A stretch of 64,000 bases of DNA from Methanobacteriota archaeon (GCA_020697715.1 JAEHCO010000002.1:252667-316666); one strand, 5' to 3'; shown: positions 10,001 through 19,491, counted from the first letter of the stretch. Numbers and translations are program-made. The notes: generated from the letters alone by a model not told the origin.

Positions 10001-11299
10001 CGTTATTGTGTAGTCTCCATCTCCCTGGCCATTGTTAAGAAGATCAATTGTTGTGGAATCGCCTGTTCCCTTATCGATGACCATTTCCGTATCTATTGTT
10101 GATATCTCGATATGATCCATCACCTGGAATGGATTATCAGCTATCTCGCATAATCTGATGATTGCTGGCAGATTATCCTGGCATACCGGCAAAACCTTAT
10201 CCTCTCTTGGGTGGAAAAGGTCGTATGGCTCCTGTATGGCCGCGCTGCTCTCCGGACCGCCACCATCCCAATCATAGTATGGATAGGCCTCGATCGTGTA
10301 GGAAAGAATGCCCTGGTTACCGTACATCCAGTCATCTGTTCCTCCAGAAGTGGGGTAAAGATCCGCACCCTGCTCTGGAACATAACCATCATGCGCGCTT
10401 CCAGCCAGATTGGTTATTCGCCCCTCAAGATCCCATGCGACACTGACAAGAAGATCATGATCCTCTGTATCTTCGAATGTCCAGCCCCATGGATAAAGAA
10501 TGAGCTGGCTGTAAGTGTGATAATTAACTGCAAAGACAAAATCATGTTCTATGCAAAGGTCGCGTATCGCGATGCTCTCAGGTTCCGAGAACGCTGTGGG
10601 CCCACCATATAGATAGTTCGTTGGATCGGATTGTTGGCCTGAAGATCCCCATAGCCAGTCATAGTTCCTATTGAGGTCCACACCATCGAAAGCCTCATCA
10701 AATACCTCATCGCCATTATTGTCCCTGGCATTTTTTCTCCACCCATATGGCTGGGCTGTGTGGTCTGTTGGGTCATCTCCTGGGCTGTCTATAACACGGC
10801 CATCTGGATTGACGACAGGTATTATCCAGATCTGTCGATTGTCCACGATATCGGTAACCGTGGCATTGGTTCCGTAATTATCTGTTAGAAAATGAATAGC
10901 ATAGAGCGCGATCTCGATGGTCATCCACTCTCTGGCATGATGCAGAGAATTGAAGAATACCTCGGGCTCGTCCGGCTCTTCCACTGTAGGATTGTCGGAT
11001 ATCTTGAATGCCCATACATCTCTTCCCTCCCAGGTCTTGGTAAGGCTGGTAAGTTGTACGATGTCTGGATGGTCCAGGGCGATCTGCAGCATCTCGGCTT
11101 CTGCTTCATCCCATGAATGATAGATGGTCGTTCCTGTGAAGGTCGGCCATGGATCGAACAGAGCCGGTCCTGTCGGCTCTGGGTCGGTAGCTGGCACAAT
11201 ATTCTCGGCAGGCTGTAACCCACCTACAAAGGTCAATGATGATGATAATAATACGATTGAAATAACTAGCACGATAAGGTTGTTCAGTATTTTGGCCAT
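7073..11299 (-). CDS. Secreted M14 zinc carboxypeptidase with multiple accessory beta-sandwich domains
   Basis: Signal peptide; HAREW, NPDG, WRKN, GVDLNRNY, SEPE, NYHTYSQ and TIE motifs. Long Ig/FN3-like C-terminus ending in a GWNLIGYPS domain. Confidence 0.88.
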   Translation of the reverse strand: MAKILNNLIVLVISIVLLSSSLTFVGGLQPAENIVPATDPEPTGPALFDPWPTFTGTTIYHSWDEAEAEMLQIALDHPDIVQLTSLTKTWEGRDVWAFKISDNPTVEEPDEPEVFFNSLHHAREWMTIEIALYAIHFLTDNYGTNATVTDIVDNRQIWIIPVVNPDGRVIDSPGDDPTDHTAQPYGWRKNARDNNGDEVFDEAFDGVDLNRNYDWLWGSSGQQSDPTNYLYGGPTAFSEPESIAIRDLCIEHDFVFAVNYHTYSQLILYPWGWTFEDTEDHDLLVSVAWDLEGRITNLAGSAHDGYVPEQGADLYPTSGGTDDWMYGNQGILSYTIEAYPYYDWDGGGPESSAAIQEPYDLFHPREDKVLPVCQDNLPAIIRLCEIADNPFQVMDHIEISTIDTEMVIDKGTGDSTTIDLLNNGQGDGDYTITTSSIAGWSIIAAPSSLNILKDQTVQSSLDITVPGAAAPGEYTIWVNVSMDTNSTCTDSCQIIVIVPYSDDVGVDSIYPFEEMGTYPRGEYQIDGTVKNYGEFQVPTFDTTCTISRFGGGTNYNLFSDDMESGMTQWVTEDWDGTLTNDYWHTVSSRSNSPSNSMHCGPGTSDYTIYSNQFLTIAEPIDLREAETATLTYWTWHELVNDGYDADFCVVEGSVDGGHIWSFIDRYTGDDMTWRERTNDLTNFTGYSEFLLRYRFTSDNMDYGDAGFYFDDISIDAFIPGETVVFGPTIQTTSAPLDTQLTETLGWQYDFDQSGTYRVSIETQYGADGNTPNDLLDVIFDIGSTHLPDFTGVDDVINIGTGDQLDIYWNAANDPNLPIIYSLYRFDNLPNEAEVNASSPIWTGTALSYSDNSVIVGETYFYIVRASDALGQEDWNMLAIDGTPSIQLLFQVQSPMAGFRDLNNDAFETSIQTITGPDITGAGQYMIGGIDDHWLSEVYTEAQSMDGTWNFNVWGQMNNDKANANLFARVFRYSDDAMLFETGLDNEDVSGFVGAYHEFTWQYLVSGVTLPAGDRFYVELWLDATTGATGQTGETLNPDFDTNANSWTYYDWEDTGGGDSTGAWAGSYVNVRLDDANTGGSSEQTYSGYWEQTFSTGMVPDSAYLELDWSCTEFDGGSANLIAYAFVDTISGAPTVGNQVWSSGQITSVTSWVSTGQIDLTGIVDADTTYYLKVGLRDTNLAKSEGQREVGFDNVKVTYGQSVPVFTFAYDHQTTPTGIEAALTPIGGGMTYDIDLTGVVDGTWVMASFPIFATGNPVTIIDDALHGDGGTTWDSIMWYDTNDVDHWKSYDKAQAAAGIPQDLLSVDNDNGFWIHIASNSGDELLSIGTGSQPATSSIILEAGWNLIGYPSATTRQADLTLPGEVTKIAFYNDAQAYSIQELPLSSVTMSSGNAYWVYSTVMVQWDVDW

Positions 11300-11431
11300 T
11301 TAAGTCCATCCCTGGATTAACTATAGTATAGTAATCAAGAGAGAATAGATAAGTGTTTTGTTGGTGATCTCATGGATTATCATCTCCAAAGCTTTTATTA
11401 TGGACATTGTGTTCTCGATAAAATTACCAAA

Positions 11432-11506
11432 GGGCGCGTAGCCTAGCCAGGATATGGCGCTAGCCTTCTAAGCTAGAAGCCAGGGGTTCGAATCCCCTCG
11501 CGTCCG
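11432..11506 (+). tRNA. tRNA-Arg(TCT)
   Basis: Acceptor GGGCGCG/CGCGTCC+G; anticodon arm CTAGC-CTTCTAA-GCTAG; T-arm AGGGG-TTCGAAT-CCCCT. Confidence 0.95.
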
Positions 11507-11529
11507 TTTTTTATTTTTATATAATTAGA

Positions 11530-11643
11530 GGGCGCTAGGTGGATTCGAACAGGGTTCGATGAGATTTTTCTGAATGAAATGGAGAAAAAGCGAGCAAGAC
11601 CGGGATGCTGGAGGCGGACAGGTCGTTGATCCCCTCGCGTCCG
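11530..11643 (+). repeat. tRNA-linked structured unit (type A) ending in a copy of the tRNA-Arg 3' end
   Basis: GGATTCGAAC at 11541; ATCCCCTCGCGTCCG at 11629-11643 is identical to 11492-11506; body similar to the units at tRNA-Leu and tRNA-Gly. Confidence 0.85.
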
Positions 11644-11660
11644 CTCTTTTTTTAAAATGC

Positions 11661-12449
11661 TCATATCATTAGTAGGCTCAATGCCATGATGAACATTCCC
11701 ACCATCACACCACCCAGCACGACATGGCTCTTGCCATAGCTATGGGCTGTGGGTAATATCTCATCAAGGGATATGTAGACCATTATCCCAGCCACAAAGG
11801 CCAATAAACCTGCCAGAAGGGCATCGGACATGAAATTATAGAGCACGATAAAGCTGAATATACCGCCAATTGGCTCGGCGATACCGGAAAGGAAGGCGTA
11901 TTTGAAGGCCTTGATCTTATCGCCTGTGGCTGCATATATGGGTGCGGCCACAGATATTCCTTCAGGTATATTGTGCAGGGCTATTGCGATGGCAATGACC
12001 ATACCGAGTCTGATATCTGTCAGGCTCGCACTAAAAGTTGCGATCCCCTCTGGAAAGTTATGGATCGTGATGGCAATTGCTGTGAAGGTGCCCACTCTCA
12101 TCAGGCGGCATTCGGCCTCACTTCTCTTTTTCTTTTCACATTTTTTGCCGCCAGTAACTCTACTAAAATGATGTGGATTGAGTTGTTTTGGTAGAAGAAA
12201 ATCTATCAGGGCGATGAATATTATTCCGGTAAAGAAGGTTAATATGCCAGCTATTTCTCCTATACCTTCTATCGCATCGGGTAGAAGTTCCATGAAAGAA
12301 ACATATACCATGACCCCGGCTGAAAGTCCCAGAGAAAAGGTGAGCAGGGTTTTATTTGGCTTTTTCTGTAGCAGTACGACTGCTCCTCCAACTCCTGTGG
12401 AAAGACCCGCTATGGTGGTCAGTAGCAATGCGAATGTCACACTTTCCAA
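11661..12449 (-). CDS. zupT: ZIP family zinc transporter
   Basis: IHNFPEG and LHNIPEG signatures, about 8 TM helices. Confidence 0.92.
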   Translation of the reverse strand: MESVTFALLLTTIAGLSTGVGGAVVLLQKKPNKTLLTFSLGLSAGVMVYVSFMELLPDAIEGIGEIAGILTFFTGIIFIALIDFLLPKQLNPHHFSRVTGGKKCEKKKRSEAECRLMRVGTFTAIAITIHNFPEGIATFSASLTDIRLGMVIAIAIALHNIPEGISVAAPIYAATGDKIKAFKYAFLSGIAEPIGGIFSFIVLYNFMSDALLAGLLAFVAGIMVYISLDEILPTAHSYGKSHVVLGGVMVGMFIMALSLLMI

Positions 12450-12548
12450 ATTCTCACCTACAAATGACTTAATGGTGATAGTGTATATAAAAATTTCGGC
12501 TTACCGAAAACTATTGCGTTTACCGAAATCGAGTGCTATTTAGTCTGA

Positions 12549-13121
12549 TCAAACATTCCCAGATCTGATTATCATGCCAAGTGATCCCATGAGCAAAGCC
12601 GATAATACAAGCACCGTCCAGTCTCCTGTGAAACCTACAATTCCCATGAGAGAGATGAATAGCATGAAGGTGGACATTAGGAAAATGATACCGATGACTA
12701 TCAGTATCTTACTTCCCGAGTACCTGATGAAGCGTCGTGTACTGCCATTTACATCATCGAGCCTCACATAAGGTGCGGTACGGATCGCCAGAGAGCTAAG
12801 GTCATAATAGGCGATCAATATTACCATGAAACCGAACATGGAGATTATATCCGTGGCCTTTGCAAAGGTCAAGAAATGGAGACCTCCCACCATGATACAG
12901 GAGATACCTATTATCGACTGGCGGTTTCTCTCAAGTTTATTTGCCAGATAATCTCTTAATTCTCCTTTTCCCGGAACTCTTATGAAAAGACCGGTCACAC
13001 CAAGGGCAATGCTCAGTGCCAGTATGCTGATATGATCCGTCGTATTTGCCCCAGTATCATAAGTTTGCAGAAGATGCCATAATGATAGGCAGATAAGGAT
13101 GATGAAGGAAATAATGGCCAT
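12549..13121 (-). CDS. Multi-pass membrane protein (MoxR operon)
   Basis: Hydrophobic 190 aa ORF, co-oriented downstream of the DUF58 gene. Confidence 0.65.
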   Translation of the reverse strand: MAIISFIILICLSLWHLLQTYDTGANTTDHISILALSIALGVTGLFIRVPGKGELRDYLANKLERNRQSIIGISCIMVGGLHFLTFAKATDIISMFGFMVILIAYYDLSSLAIRTAPYVRLDDVNGSTRRFIRYSGSKILIVIGIIFLMSTFMLFISLMGIVGFTGDWTVLVLSALLMGSLGMIIRSGNV

Positions 13122-13216
13122 CAGATTGACACCTGGCTTGTCATGTTCATTTTCACTTATTCCCAGAGTGGAGTATCCATTTACAGAGATCTCATTTCCG
13201 TCGTTTGCCTGCTCCT

Positions 13217-14488
13217 CTAAAATCTGGCTCTTAACCTTTCCACCCCCTTCAATGCTTTTGCCAGTGGCTCAGATGGATCCCAATCCACAACCCTGGCATA
13301 ACGATATAATTCTGATATTAGATTATCTCTTTCCAATCTCTTCAGGTTCTTGGCCATCTCCAGCTCATCGGAATCTTCAATTATATGCCCTTCCACTCTG
13401 ATAGGGGATGGAGAAATAACAACAACATCAAAACCTCTGGCACAGAGGTCTGCAATGCTCTGCACGATCTTGTAGTCCACAAGTGGGGTTATGACGATGA
13501 TCTGAGATTCAAGTGGAAAATGCCTGGTCACCATCCAGCGTGCGTCATCGAAGGGCATGCTCCCTCCTGGCTGGACATCCATTAATTTTTCAGATATGCG
13601 ATAATACTGCCTCTTTCCAAAGGCAGGATAGACCTCATCGATTATGTCCCTGAGCACAATTAGACCAACACGATTTTTGTCCATGAGTATGTGGGAGGCT
13701 ATCGTGGAGGCCGCTCTCACCCCATGCTCTACCGTGTTCTCATCTGTGTTCCCTACATTCGTCTCGGTCCTGGCATCCAGCATGATGGTCACATCACCAC
13801 TGCATTCACTCTCAAATTCATTTGTCATAAGCTGATCACGTCTGGCCGATGCCTTCCAATTGATCTTTCTGAGCTCATCACCTGCTACATATTCTCGAAT
13901 TCCAAAGAATTCCGTGCCCACGCCCACCCGGCGCGCCTTGATCATGCCTATCCAGTTCCTCGTCTTTCTTGGAGCGATCTTGAGTCCCTTGGAGGACTCT
14001 ATCTCGGATGTGACAGATATTGGTGTTATCAGTTTGATCTCTGTTTGCTGTGTGTAGAAATCCATAAAATCCTTTGCTCTTATCCACACACCTTTGAATT
14101 CGAATCTGCCTCTATATGGGCAGATTATCTGGTATTCAAGGTCGTATTCCTCGGCTTCCTTCAATGTGAGGATGGCTTTATTGCTACCCTCAGATACATT
14201 TACATAAGGTGGTATCAGATCTTCAATTTCAAGACACTGGATAGCCGGCCCTGTATTCTTTATGCGAAGCTTAACATGGATATTATCTCCTGTTGTCACT
14301 CTGTTCTCATCTATCGAACGGCTGATGTCAAGAGAATAGCTGGGATCCTTGAACATGGTGATGGATACCACCAGGTATATTATCAGAGGTAGGGATATTG
14401 CGATAAGGCTACCACTACGAAGCCATACACCCATGACGATGCAGGCTATGGCGGAAGCCACTATCCAGAATCCTTTTCTCGATCTCAT
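13217..14488 (-). CDS. DUF58 domain protein
   Basis: EFFGIREYVAGDELRKINWKASAR motif; adjacent to MoxR. Confidence 0.9.
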   Translation of the reverse strand: MRSRKGFWIVASAIACIVMGVWLRSGSLIAISLPLIIYLVVSITMFKDPSYSLDISRSIDENRVTTGDNIHVKLRIKNTGPAIQCLEIEDLIPPYVNVSEGSNKAILTLKEAEEYDLEYQIICPYRGRFEFKGVWIRAKDFMDFYTQQTEIKLITPISVTSEIESSKGLKIAPRKTRNWIGMIKARRVGVGTEFFGIREYVAGDELRKINWKASARRDQLMTNEFESECSGDVTIMLDARTETNVGNTDENTVEHGVRAASTIASHILMDKNRVGLIVLRDIIDEVYPAFGKRQYYRISEKLMDVQPGGSMPFDDARWMVTRHFPLESQIIVITPLVDYKIVQSIADLCARGFDVVVISPSPIRVEGHIIEDSDELEMAKNLKRLERDNLISELYRYARVVDWDPSEPLAKALKGVERLRARF

Positions 14489-14516
14489 TTGCTCTCACTC
14501 ATTTTTTTAATTAGCC

Positions 14517-15467
14517 TTATTTCACCTTTGGAACCGGAATATCCAATACGACCTTGTCGACGATAACTTCTGTCTTGATGCCCTTGATCCATGGATCTGG
14601 TTTGAGTATTATCCTGTGTGCCAAAGCAGGCACGCACATCTCTTTTATGTCATCTGGAAGAACATAGTCCCTCGCTTGCATGGCCGCACGTGCCATCGAT
14701 AAACGCATGAGAGCCAGTGATCCTCTTGGACTGGCACCGACCTCGACATGACCATGCTTTCTTGTATTCTGCACTATCTGCGCGATATATTCTTCAATAT
14801 CAGATTCCACATGCACTTCCTCAATAGCTGCCTGCATTGCGATGATCTCTGCTGGAGAACTGACCACCGATATGTCAACATCCTCTTTCTTCCTGGTTCG
14901 TCTTCTTCGAAGGATCTCTGCCTCTCCTTTGAGGGTTGGATAGCCTATGTCCAATCGCATTATGAACCGATCGATCTGCGCCTCTGGGAGTGGATAAGTC
15001 CCTTCATACTCGATGGGATTTTGTGTAGCGATGACTATGAAAGGAGCTGGAAGTTTGTGCGTATCACCTTCCAATGTTGTCTGGCGTTCCTGCATTGCTT
15101 CAAGCAATGCAGATTGTGTTTTTGGCGGAGCCCTGTTTATCTCGTCTGCCAGTAGTATATTCGTGAACACAGGTCCTTTCCTCAGTTCGAACTCATTGGT
15201 CTGCCTGTTCAGGATATATGATCCCGTAATATCTGCTGGAAGTAGATCGGGTGTGAATTGAACCCTTCTGAAATCGCACCCGAGAGCTCGGGCGAATGTA
15301 TTCGCCATCAGGGTCTTTGCCAATCCAGGAAAATCCTCGAATAGGACATGTCCATTTGCCAGAGTGGCCAGCATCATATTATCTATGACATCGTCCTTCT
15401 CAACGATGGCCTTGGCCACCTCATTCTTAATTACATTACATTTTTCAGACAATTCCTTTATGTTCAT
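14517..15467 (-). CDS. MoxR family AAA+ ATPase
   Basis: EDFPGLAKT, RVQFTPDLLPADITG, LADEINRAPPKTQSALLEAMQE and GASPR motifs. Confidence 0.95.
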   Translation of the reverse strand: MNIKELSEKCNVIKNEVAKAIVEKDDVIDNMMLATLANGHVLFEDFPGLAKTLMANTFARALGCDFRRVQFTPDLLPADITGSYILNRQTNEFELRKGPVFTNILLADEINRAPPKTQSALLEAMQERQTTLEGDTHKLPAPFIVIATQNPIEYEGTYPLPEAQIDRFIMRLDIGYPTLKGEAEILRRRRTRKKEDVDISVVSSPAEIIAMQAAIEEVHVESDIEEYIAQIVQNTRKHGHVEVGASPRGSLALMRLSMARAAMQARDYVLPDDIKEMCVPALAHRIILKPDPWIKGIKTEVIVDKVVLDIPVPKVK

Positions 15468-15570
15468 TCCGAACCCCTCATTTTATTCGGGCTTTTGAAT
15501 GTTCGAATAATGTTCAAACATTCAACACCTCTCACATGCTCATTCTCACTTTCAGTATGTTCATTAATTC

Positions 15571-16266
15571 TCATTCCCACACCTCTACTTTATCCAATAT
15601 CTCTTTGATCTCTAACATGAACTTACGACCACTTTCCTTCTTTTCCCTGTCGTTCTTCTTTCTCGCTATCCTGTCACTCCACCCCTCTGCCTTCTTCTGA
15701 TTGGCCAGTATGAATGTTGCTAGATCATCATTATCTACTATCTCTCTGAACCTATCTGGATCTTCAAGGGCCTTTTCTATCTCCCTTGTGGTCATACCTC
15801 TTCCCAGCCTGATCTTGTCGATGATGGCTTCTGTCATCATCTCTTTCATAAGTTGCTGGCTGTAACTGTATCCGCCAGCTCCCCTTGTGATTATATCATT
15901 CACACGCGAAAGCTCACCTGAGAAGTATTTCTTTTCCAATATCGTTCTTTTCCAGATCTTTTTCTGGATACCTATGTTCATAATGTAGATAGTGTACAGG
16001 CCAATGGCCGCGGTGGTCAGCACGACCATTATCCACCGCATCCCTCCGCTTACAAAGGAAATTGAGATAAATGGGATTGAAAGTAGAATAAGATAGAACA
16101 CAAGTACCAGTGTATTTATGAGCATTTCCCTCATGCCAGATGGGCCAAGCAATCTCTCTGCTGCCAGCACTTCTTCCACATGTTCAGGCGTATCGGATGG
16201 TGTGATCTCTACATGAGTTATAACATATGAAGATCTATCAAGTGTGTCTTTGATATTATTTGCCAT
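15571..16266 (-). CDS. Membrane protein (MoxR operon)
   Basis: ORF with two TM segments; start chosen at MANNIK, overlapping the upstream stop. Confidence 0.65.
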   Translation of the reverse strand: MANNIKDTLDRSSYVITHVEITPSDTPEHVEEVLAAERLLGPSGMREMLINTLVLVFYLILLSIPFISISFVSGGMRWIMVVLTTAAIGLYTIYIMNIGIQKKIWKRTILEKKYFSGELSRVNDIITRGAGGYSYSQQLMKEMMTEAIIDKIRLGRGMTTREIEKALEDPDRFREIVDNDDLATFILANQKKAEGWSDRIARKKNDREKKESGRKFMLEIKEILDKVEVWE

Positions 16267-17233
16267 CCTTGGCACCCCCTTCATCAATATCGCCATCTTC
16301 TGCTATGTTCTCATCCACTTCCTCGATAATGAGATCATCTTTTATGCTACCGAGAGCAAGCATGGCCTTATTGCGCATTTCTTCTGATAGGTCGTGGTCA
16401 CTGTATCTGGCTTCCTCGAATATCATTATAAGATCATGTAATTTATCATCTGCAACTGGTAGTTTGGAGCCGATCATTGATTCAAATTCACGGGGAGTCA
16501 TATGCTCCTCATCTGATATTCCATGCTTGGATGCCAGCTTGCACATATCAATGTAACATCTCATGATGGACGATCTTACATCTGTTCCACTTGTCATGTC
16601 GTCCATCGCTTTCTGGATGGTCTGGCCTACTTCTTCGGTCATTGCCTCGATATCTATGTCTGATAGGGATTCACTTCTTAGATTAGTTATCTGGCTAATG
16701 GCAAATATGCCCAGGGCTATAATCGCAACAGCTCCTACCACGAACATGATCGATATGGCCATATCCATGCCTTCTGGCTTCACATTCGATGGCTCTGTGT
16801 AATCCGCTGAACCCGTTCCATCTGATACTGTATAACCGCTCTCCAGGAGCTCATTATGTGTATATTCACTTTTCTCGGCATCTGTATAAGCGAATACTCC
16901 AACGAAAAAGAGGATGGCCAGTCCGCCACCGATCATAGGATATATTAATGATTTCAAAAAGGCCTTGTCCTTACTAAGCGCTCCCCAGATGATCCCTCCT
17001 ATGGTGATGATCAGACCTATGGCCGTGAGTCCTATCATCATATATCTGACTGTCTCAGCCACTGTACTACTGGAGGCCAGATATGATCCTCCTTCTTCTT
17101 GCTCGGGGGTATCCAGTGTGATCTCTTCACCAATGTTCAGCCTCTCGACATTGAAGATAAGATTACCTATGCTGAAAACGATCACCATCAACATTAATAT
17201 GGTGAATAATTTTTTTTTGGAGCCTGAAACCAA
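16256..17233 (-). CDS. DUF4129 domain membrane protein
   Basis: TM N-terminus; C-terminal MTPREF...LIMIFEEARYS motif. Confidence 0.85.
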   Translation of the reverse strand: MVSGSKKKLFTILMLMVIVFSIGNLIFNVERLNIGEEITLDTPEQEEGGSYLASSSTVAETVRYMMIGLTAIGLIITIGGIIWGALSKDKAFLKSLIYPMIGGGLAILFFVGVFAYTDAEKSEYTHNELLESGYTVSDGTGSADYTEPSNVKPEGMDMAISIMFVVGAVAIIALGIFAISQITNLRSESLSDIDIEAMTEEVGQTIQKAMDDMTSGTDVRSSIMRCYIDMCKLASKHGISDEEHMTPREFESMIGSKLPVADDKLHDLIMIFEEARYSDHDLSEEMRNKAMLALGSIKDDLIIEEVDENIAEDGDIDEGGAKDGK

Positions 17234-17342
17234 TACGCGACCTCATAATGGGAATATAAAAGGAGTATTTATGCAATCGGTAGATTGCAATATAGATCGA
17301 AAATTTATCCAATCTCTATTATCGTGGACCATGGACGAAAAC

Positions 17343-17385
17343 TTTAAATAGGGTAATGTCAATAGTTGTCTGACAAACGTCAGAC
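17343..17385 (+). promoter_or_regulatory. TATA box plus downstream 7-4-7 palindrome (candidate operator)
   Basis: TTTAAATA (17343-17350) preceded by purine-rich CGAAAA; GTCTGAC-aaac-GTCAGAC at 17368-17385. Confidence 0.5.
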
Positions 17386-17405
17386 GGCGTTAGGATGGGA
17401 TAAAC

Positions 17406-17738
17406 ATGGATGCAAAATCATTAATGAATGGTATAACAGAGAAAGCCAGTGCGGTAGGAATGACCTTTTCAGATTACATAAAAACAAATTATGATCCACA
17501 AGACTTGGACAATACCCAGGCAGTTGTGGATATTGATCTGTCTGACAACAAAGGTAAAAATGATAAGCTCAGGCAGAACAATAACATAAAAAGGAGCAAT
17601 ATGGGCTTTTCAGGGATGGATACTCATTTCCAGGACCCTATGCATACGAATGCCAATGCAAAGTTGGAACATATCAAAGCAGATTATACAGCTATGCATG
17701 TTGGCCAGCCAATGAGCAGAGAAGCTGTTCTGGTTTGA
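17406..17738 (+). CDS. Hypothetical protein
   Basis: 110 aa ORF with its own TATA box, RBS-like GGGA and a downstream hairpin. Confidence 0.6.
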   Translation: MDAKSLMNGITEKASAVGMTFSDYIKTNYDPQDLDNTQAVVDIDLSDNKGKNDKLRQNNNIKRSNMGFSGMDTHFQDPMHTNANAKLEHIKADYTAMHVGQPMSREAVLV

Positions 17739-17772
17739 GCCAATTGAATAAGCCCCCCTCTAAAATTAGAAG

Positions 17773-17802
17773 CAGCAAATGCGTGATCATCCGCATTTGC
17801 TG
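17773..17802 (+). terminator. 11-bp perfect hairpin
   Basis: CAGCAAATGCG / CGCATTTGCTG followed by AT-rich sequence. Confidence 0.55.
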
Positions 17803-17927
17803 AGCTCTATAATTTATTTAATTCATCATTCAATTTTAGTTAATTTTTAGTTAATTATAGATAAATGTAATTGATGATAATATTTATACATAAACAGATA
17901 TTTACCACGTCAGTAGGGGACAATACC

Positions 17928-18614
17928 ATGGAACGTTTGAAAACTTATATAAAGGGACTTGACGAGCAATTGAATGGTGGAATACCAAAGGGTCATGTGG
18001 TCTTACTGGCAGGTAAGCCAGGAACAATGAAATCATCCATTGGCTACAATATACTTTATCAAAATGCCTTGAAGGAAGGCAAGAAAGGGATATACATGTC
18101 CCTGGAGCAAGGTAGGGACAGTCTACTCGAGCACATGGGCGAACTTGGAATGGATCATGCAGCAGTTGATAGTATGGTCAATATAGTGGATATGGGATAT
18201 TTGAAATCAAATGTCGATACTTCCGAGGAAGGACAGAGCTGGATGAGGATATTCAAGATGTATGCGGAGAATATTCAGGCCAGCATGGATTATGAGATAT
18301 TGGTTGCAGATTCATTGCCTGCCATTGAAGTAATGGCAGACGTCAAGAACAAGCGTGCGGAATTATTCAGATTCTTTGGCTGGCTCAGAGAACTTGGAGT
18401 CACTGTTTTTGTGATATCCGAGGATGCCAGGGAGGGAACTCTCAACAGGGACGAGGACTTCCTTAGTGATGGAATAATTCATCTGGATCTCAAGAGGGAT
18501 GACAATAATGTCAATCTATTCCTCGGTGTTGCGAAGATGAGAAAATCCAACCATGCCAGGGGATACTTCCCACTGATATTCGATCAGGATGGATTTGAGG
18601 TCATTCAGGAATAG
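17928..18614 (+). CDS. KaiC/RAD55-like RecA-superfamily ATPase
   Basis: KTYIKGLDEQLNGGIPKG, Walker A GKPGTMKS, SLEQ, Walker B LVADSL, DGIIHL and KMR motifs. Confidence 0.88.
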   Translation: MERLKTYIKGLDEQLNGGIPKGHVVLLAGKPGTMKSSIGYNILYQNALKEGKKGIYMSLEQGRDSLLEHMGELGMDHAAVDSMVNIVDMGYLKSNVDTSEEGQSWMRIFKMYAENIQASMDYEILVADSLPAIEVMADVKNKRAELFRFFGWLRELGVTVFVISEDAREGTLNRDEDFLSDGIIHLDLKRDDNNVNLFLGVAKMRKSNHARGYFPLIFDQDGFEVIQE

Positions 18615-18625
18615 TGGCGTTCCTG

Positions 18626-18904
18626 CTAAAAAGATACTTTCATGTCACCAGTGAAAGTTATGGCATCGTAAGGGCATGCCTCAATGCACTGGCCGCATAA
18701 TGTGCACATGTCATGGTCCACGATGACAGTTACATTTCGAATTATTGCTTCAACTGGACATACTTCGGCGCACCCCATGCATTTGCCATCCCCTCCTTCG
18801 GTATCGCAGTCACAATGACATACTCCATCGTTTATATCGCCACAGCTCCCATTCATCCATCCGCATATATCTGGATTGATGAAAACCTTATTATCTCCTT
18901 TCAT
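18626..18904 (-). CDS. 2x[4Fe-4S] ferredoxin-like protein
   Basis: CMGCAEVCP and CTLCGQCIEACP motifs. Confidence 0.85.
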   Translation of the reverse strand: MKGDNKVFINPDICGWMNGSCGDINDGVCHCDCDTEGGDGKCMGCAEVCPVEAIIRNVTVIVDHDMCTLCGQCIEACPYDAITFTGDMKVSF

Positions 18905-19055
18905 AACAGGAGCATTGCTTTTTCTCTATTTAAACAATTGTAAATATCGACCTAGCTGATACTATTTAGTGGAAGGATGCATAATTTTAATAATGCAATA
19001 TCTATTTAATTAAAAATATATTTATATAATTATAAAATATTGGAATAATAAATTG

Positions 19056-19085
19056 AGCCAGCCGCTTACAACGGCTGGCTTTTTC
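19056..19085. terminator. Hairpin downstream of ribH
   Basis: AGCCAGCCG / CGGCTGGCT stem. Confidence 0.55.
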
Positions 19086-19089
19086 AACC

Positions 19090-19491
19090 CTATTTCAATG
19101 CTTTATGCATCTTGACAATGGATTCAACAGCTGACTTCGCTCTCTCTATCCTTGCCTCTGCCTGAAGCCTTGACATTCCTGGTCCGGTAATTCCCAGACC
19201 AACCGGCTTATTAAATTCCAATGATAGATCAGTTAATTTCCTGCTGGCTTGATTGATCACGACATCATCATGATCTGTCTCGCCCTCTATCACGGCTCCG
19301 AGAGCGGCCACACCATCTATGTCCTTCTTTGCAAGCAATCTCTTGACCGCCAGGGGCATATCATAGACCCCTGGGACGTGGATGATCTCTCCTACCTTCG
19401 CGCCAAGGAAGTCCGCATGGGCCTTGGCCCTTTCCAGCATACTCATGGTTATGTCGTAATTGAATTCCGATACCACAATTCCTATTTTCAT
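19090..19491 (-). CDS. ribH: 6,7-dimethyl-8-ribityllumazine synthase
   Basis: IVVSEFN, VPGVYDMP and LGAVIEGETDHD motifs. Confidence 0.95.
   Translation of the reverse strand: MKIGIVVSEFNYDITMSMLERAKAHADFLGAKVGEIIHVPGVYDMPLAVKRLLAKKDIDGVAALGAVIEGETDHDDVVINQASRKLTDLSLEFNKPVGLGITGPGMSRLQAEARIERAKSAVESIVKMHKALK

Noticed and set aside
11473-11664. 63-aa minus-strand ORF
   Set aside because: Antisense to tRNA-Arg and its linked element.
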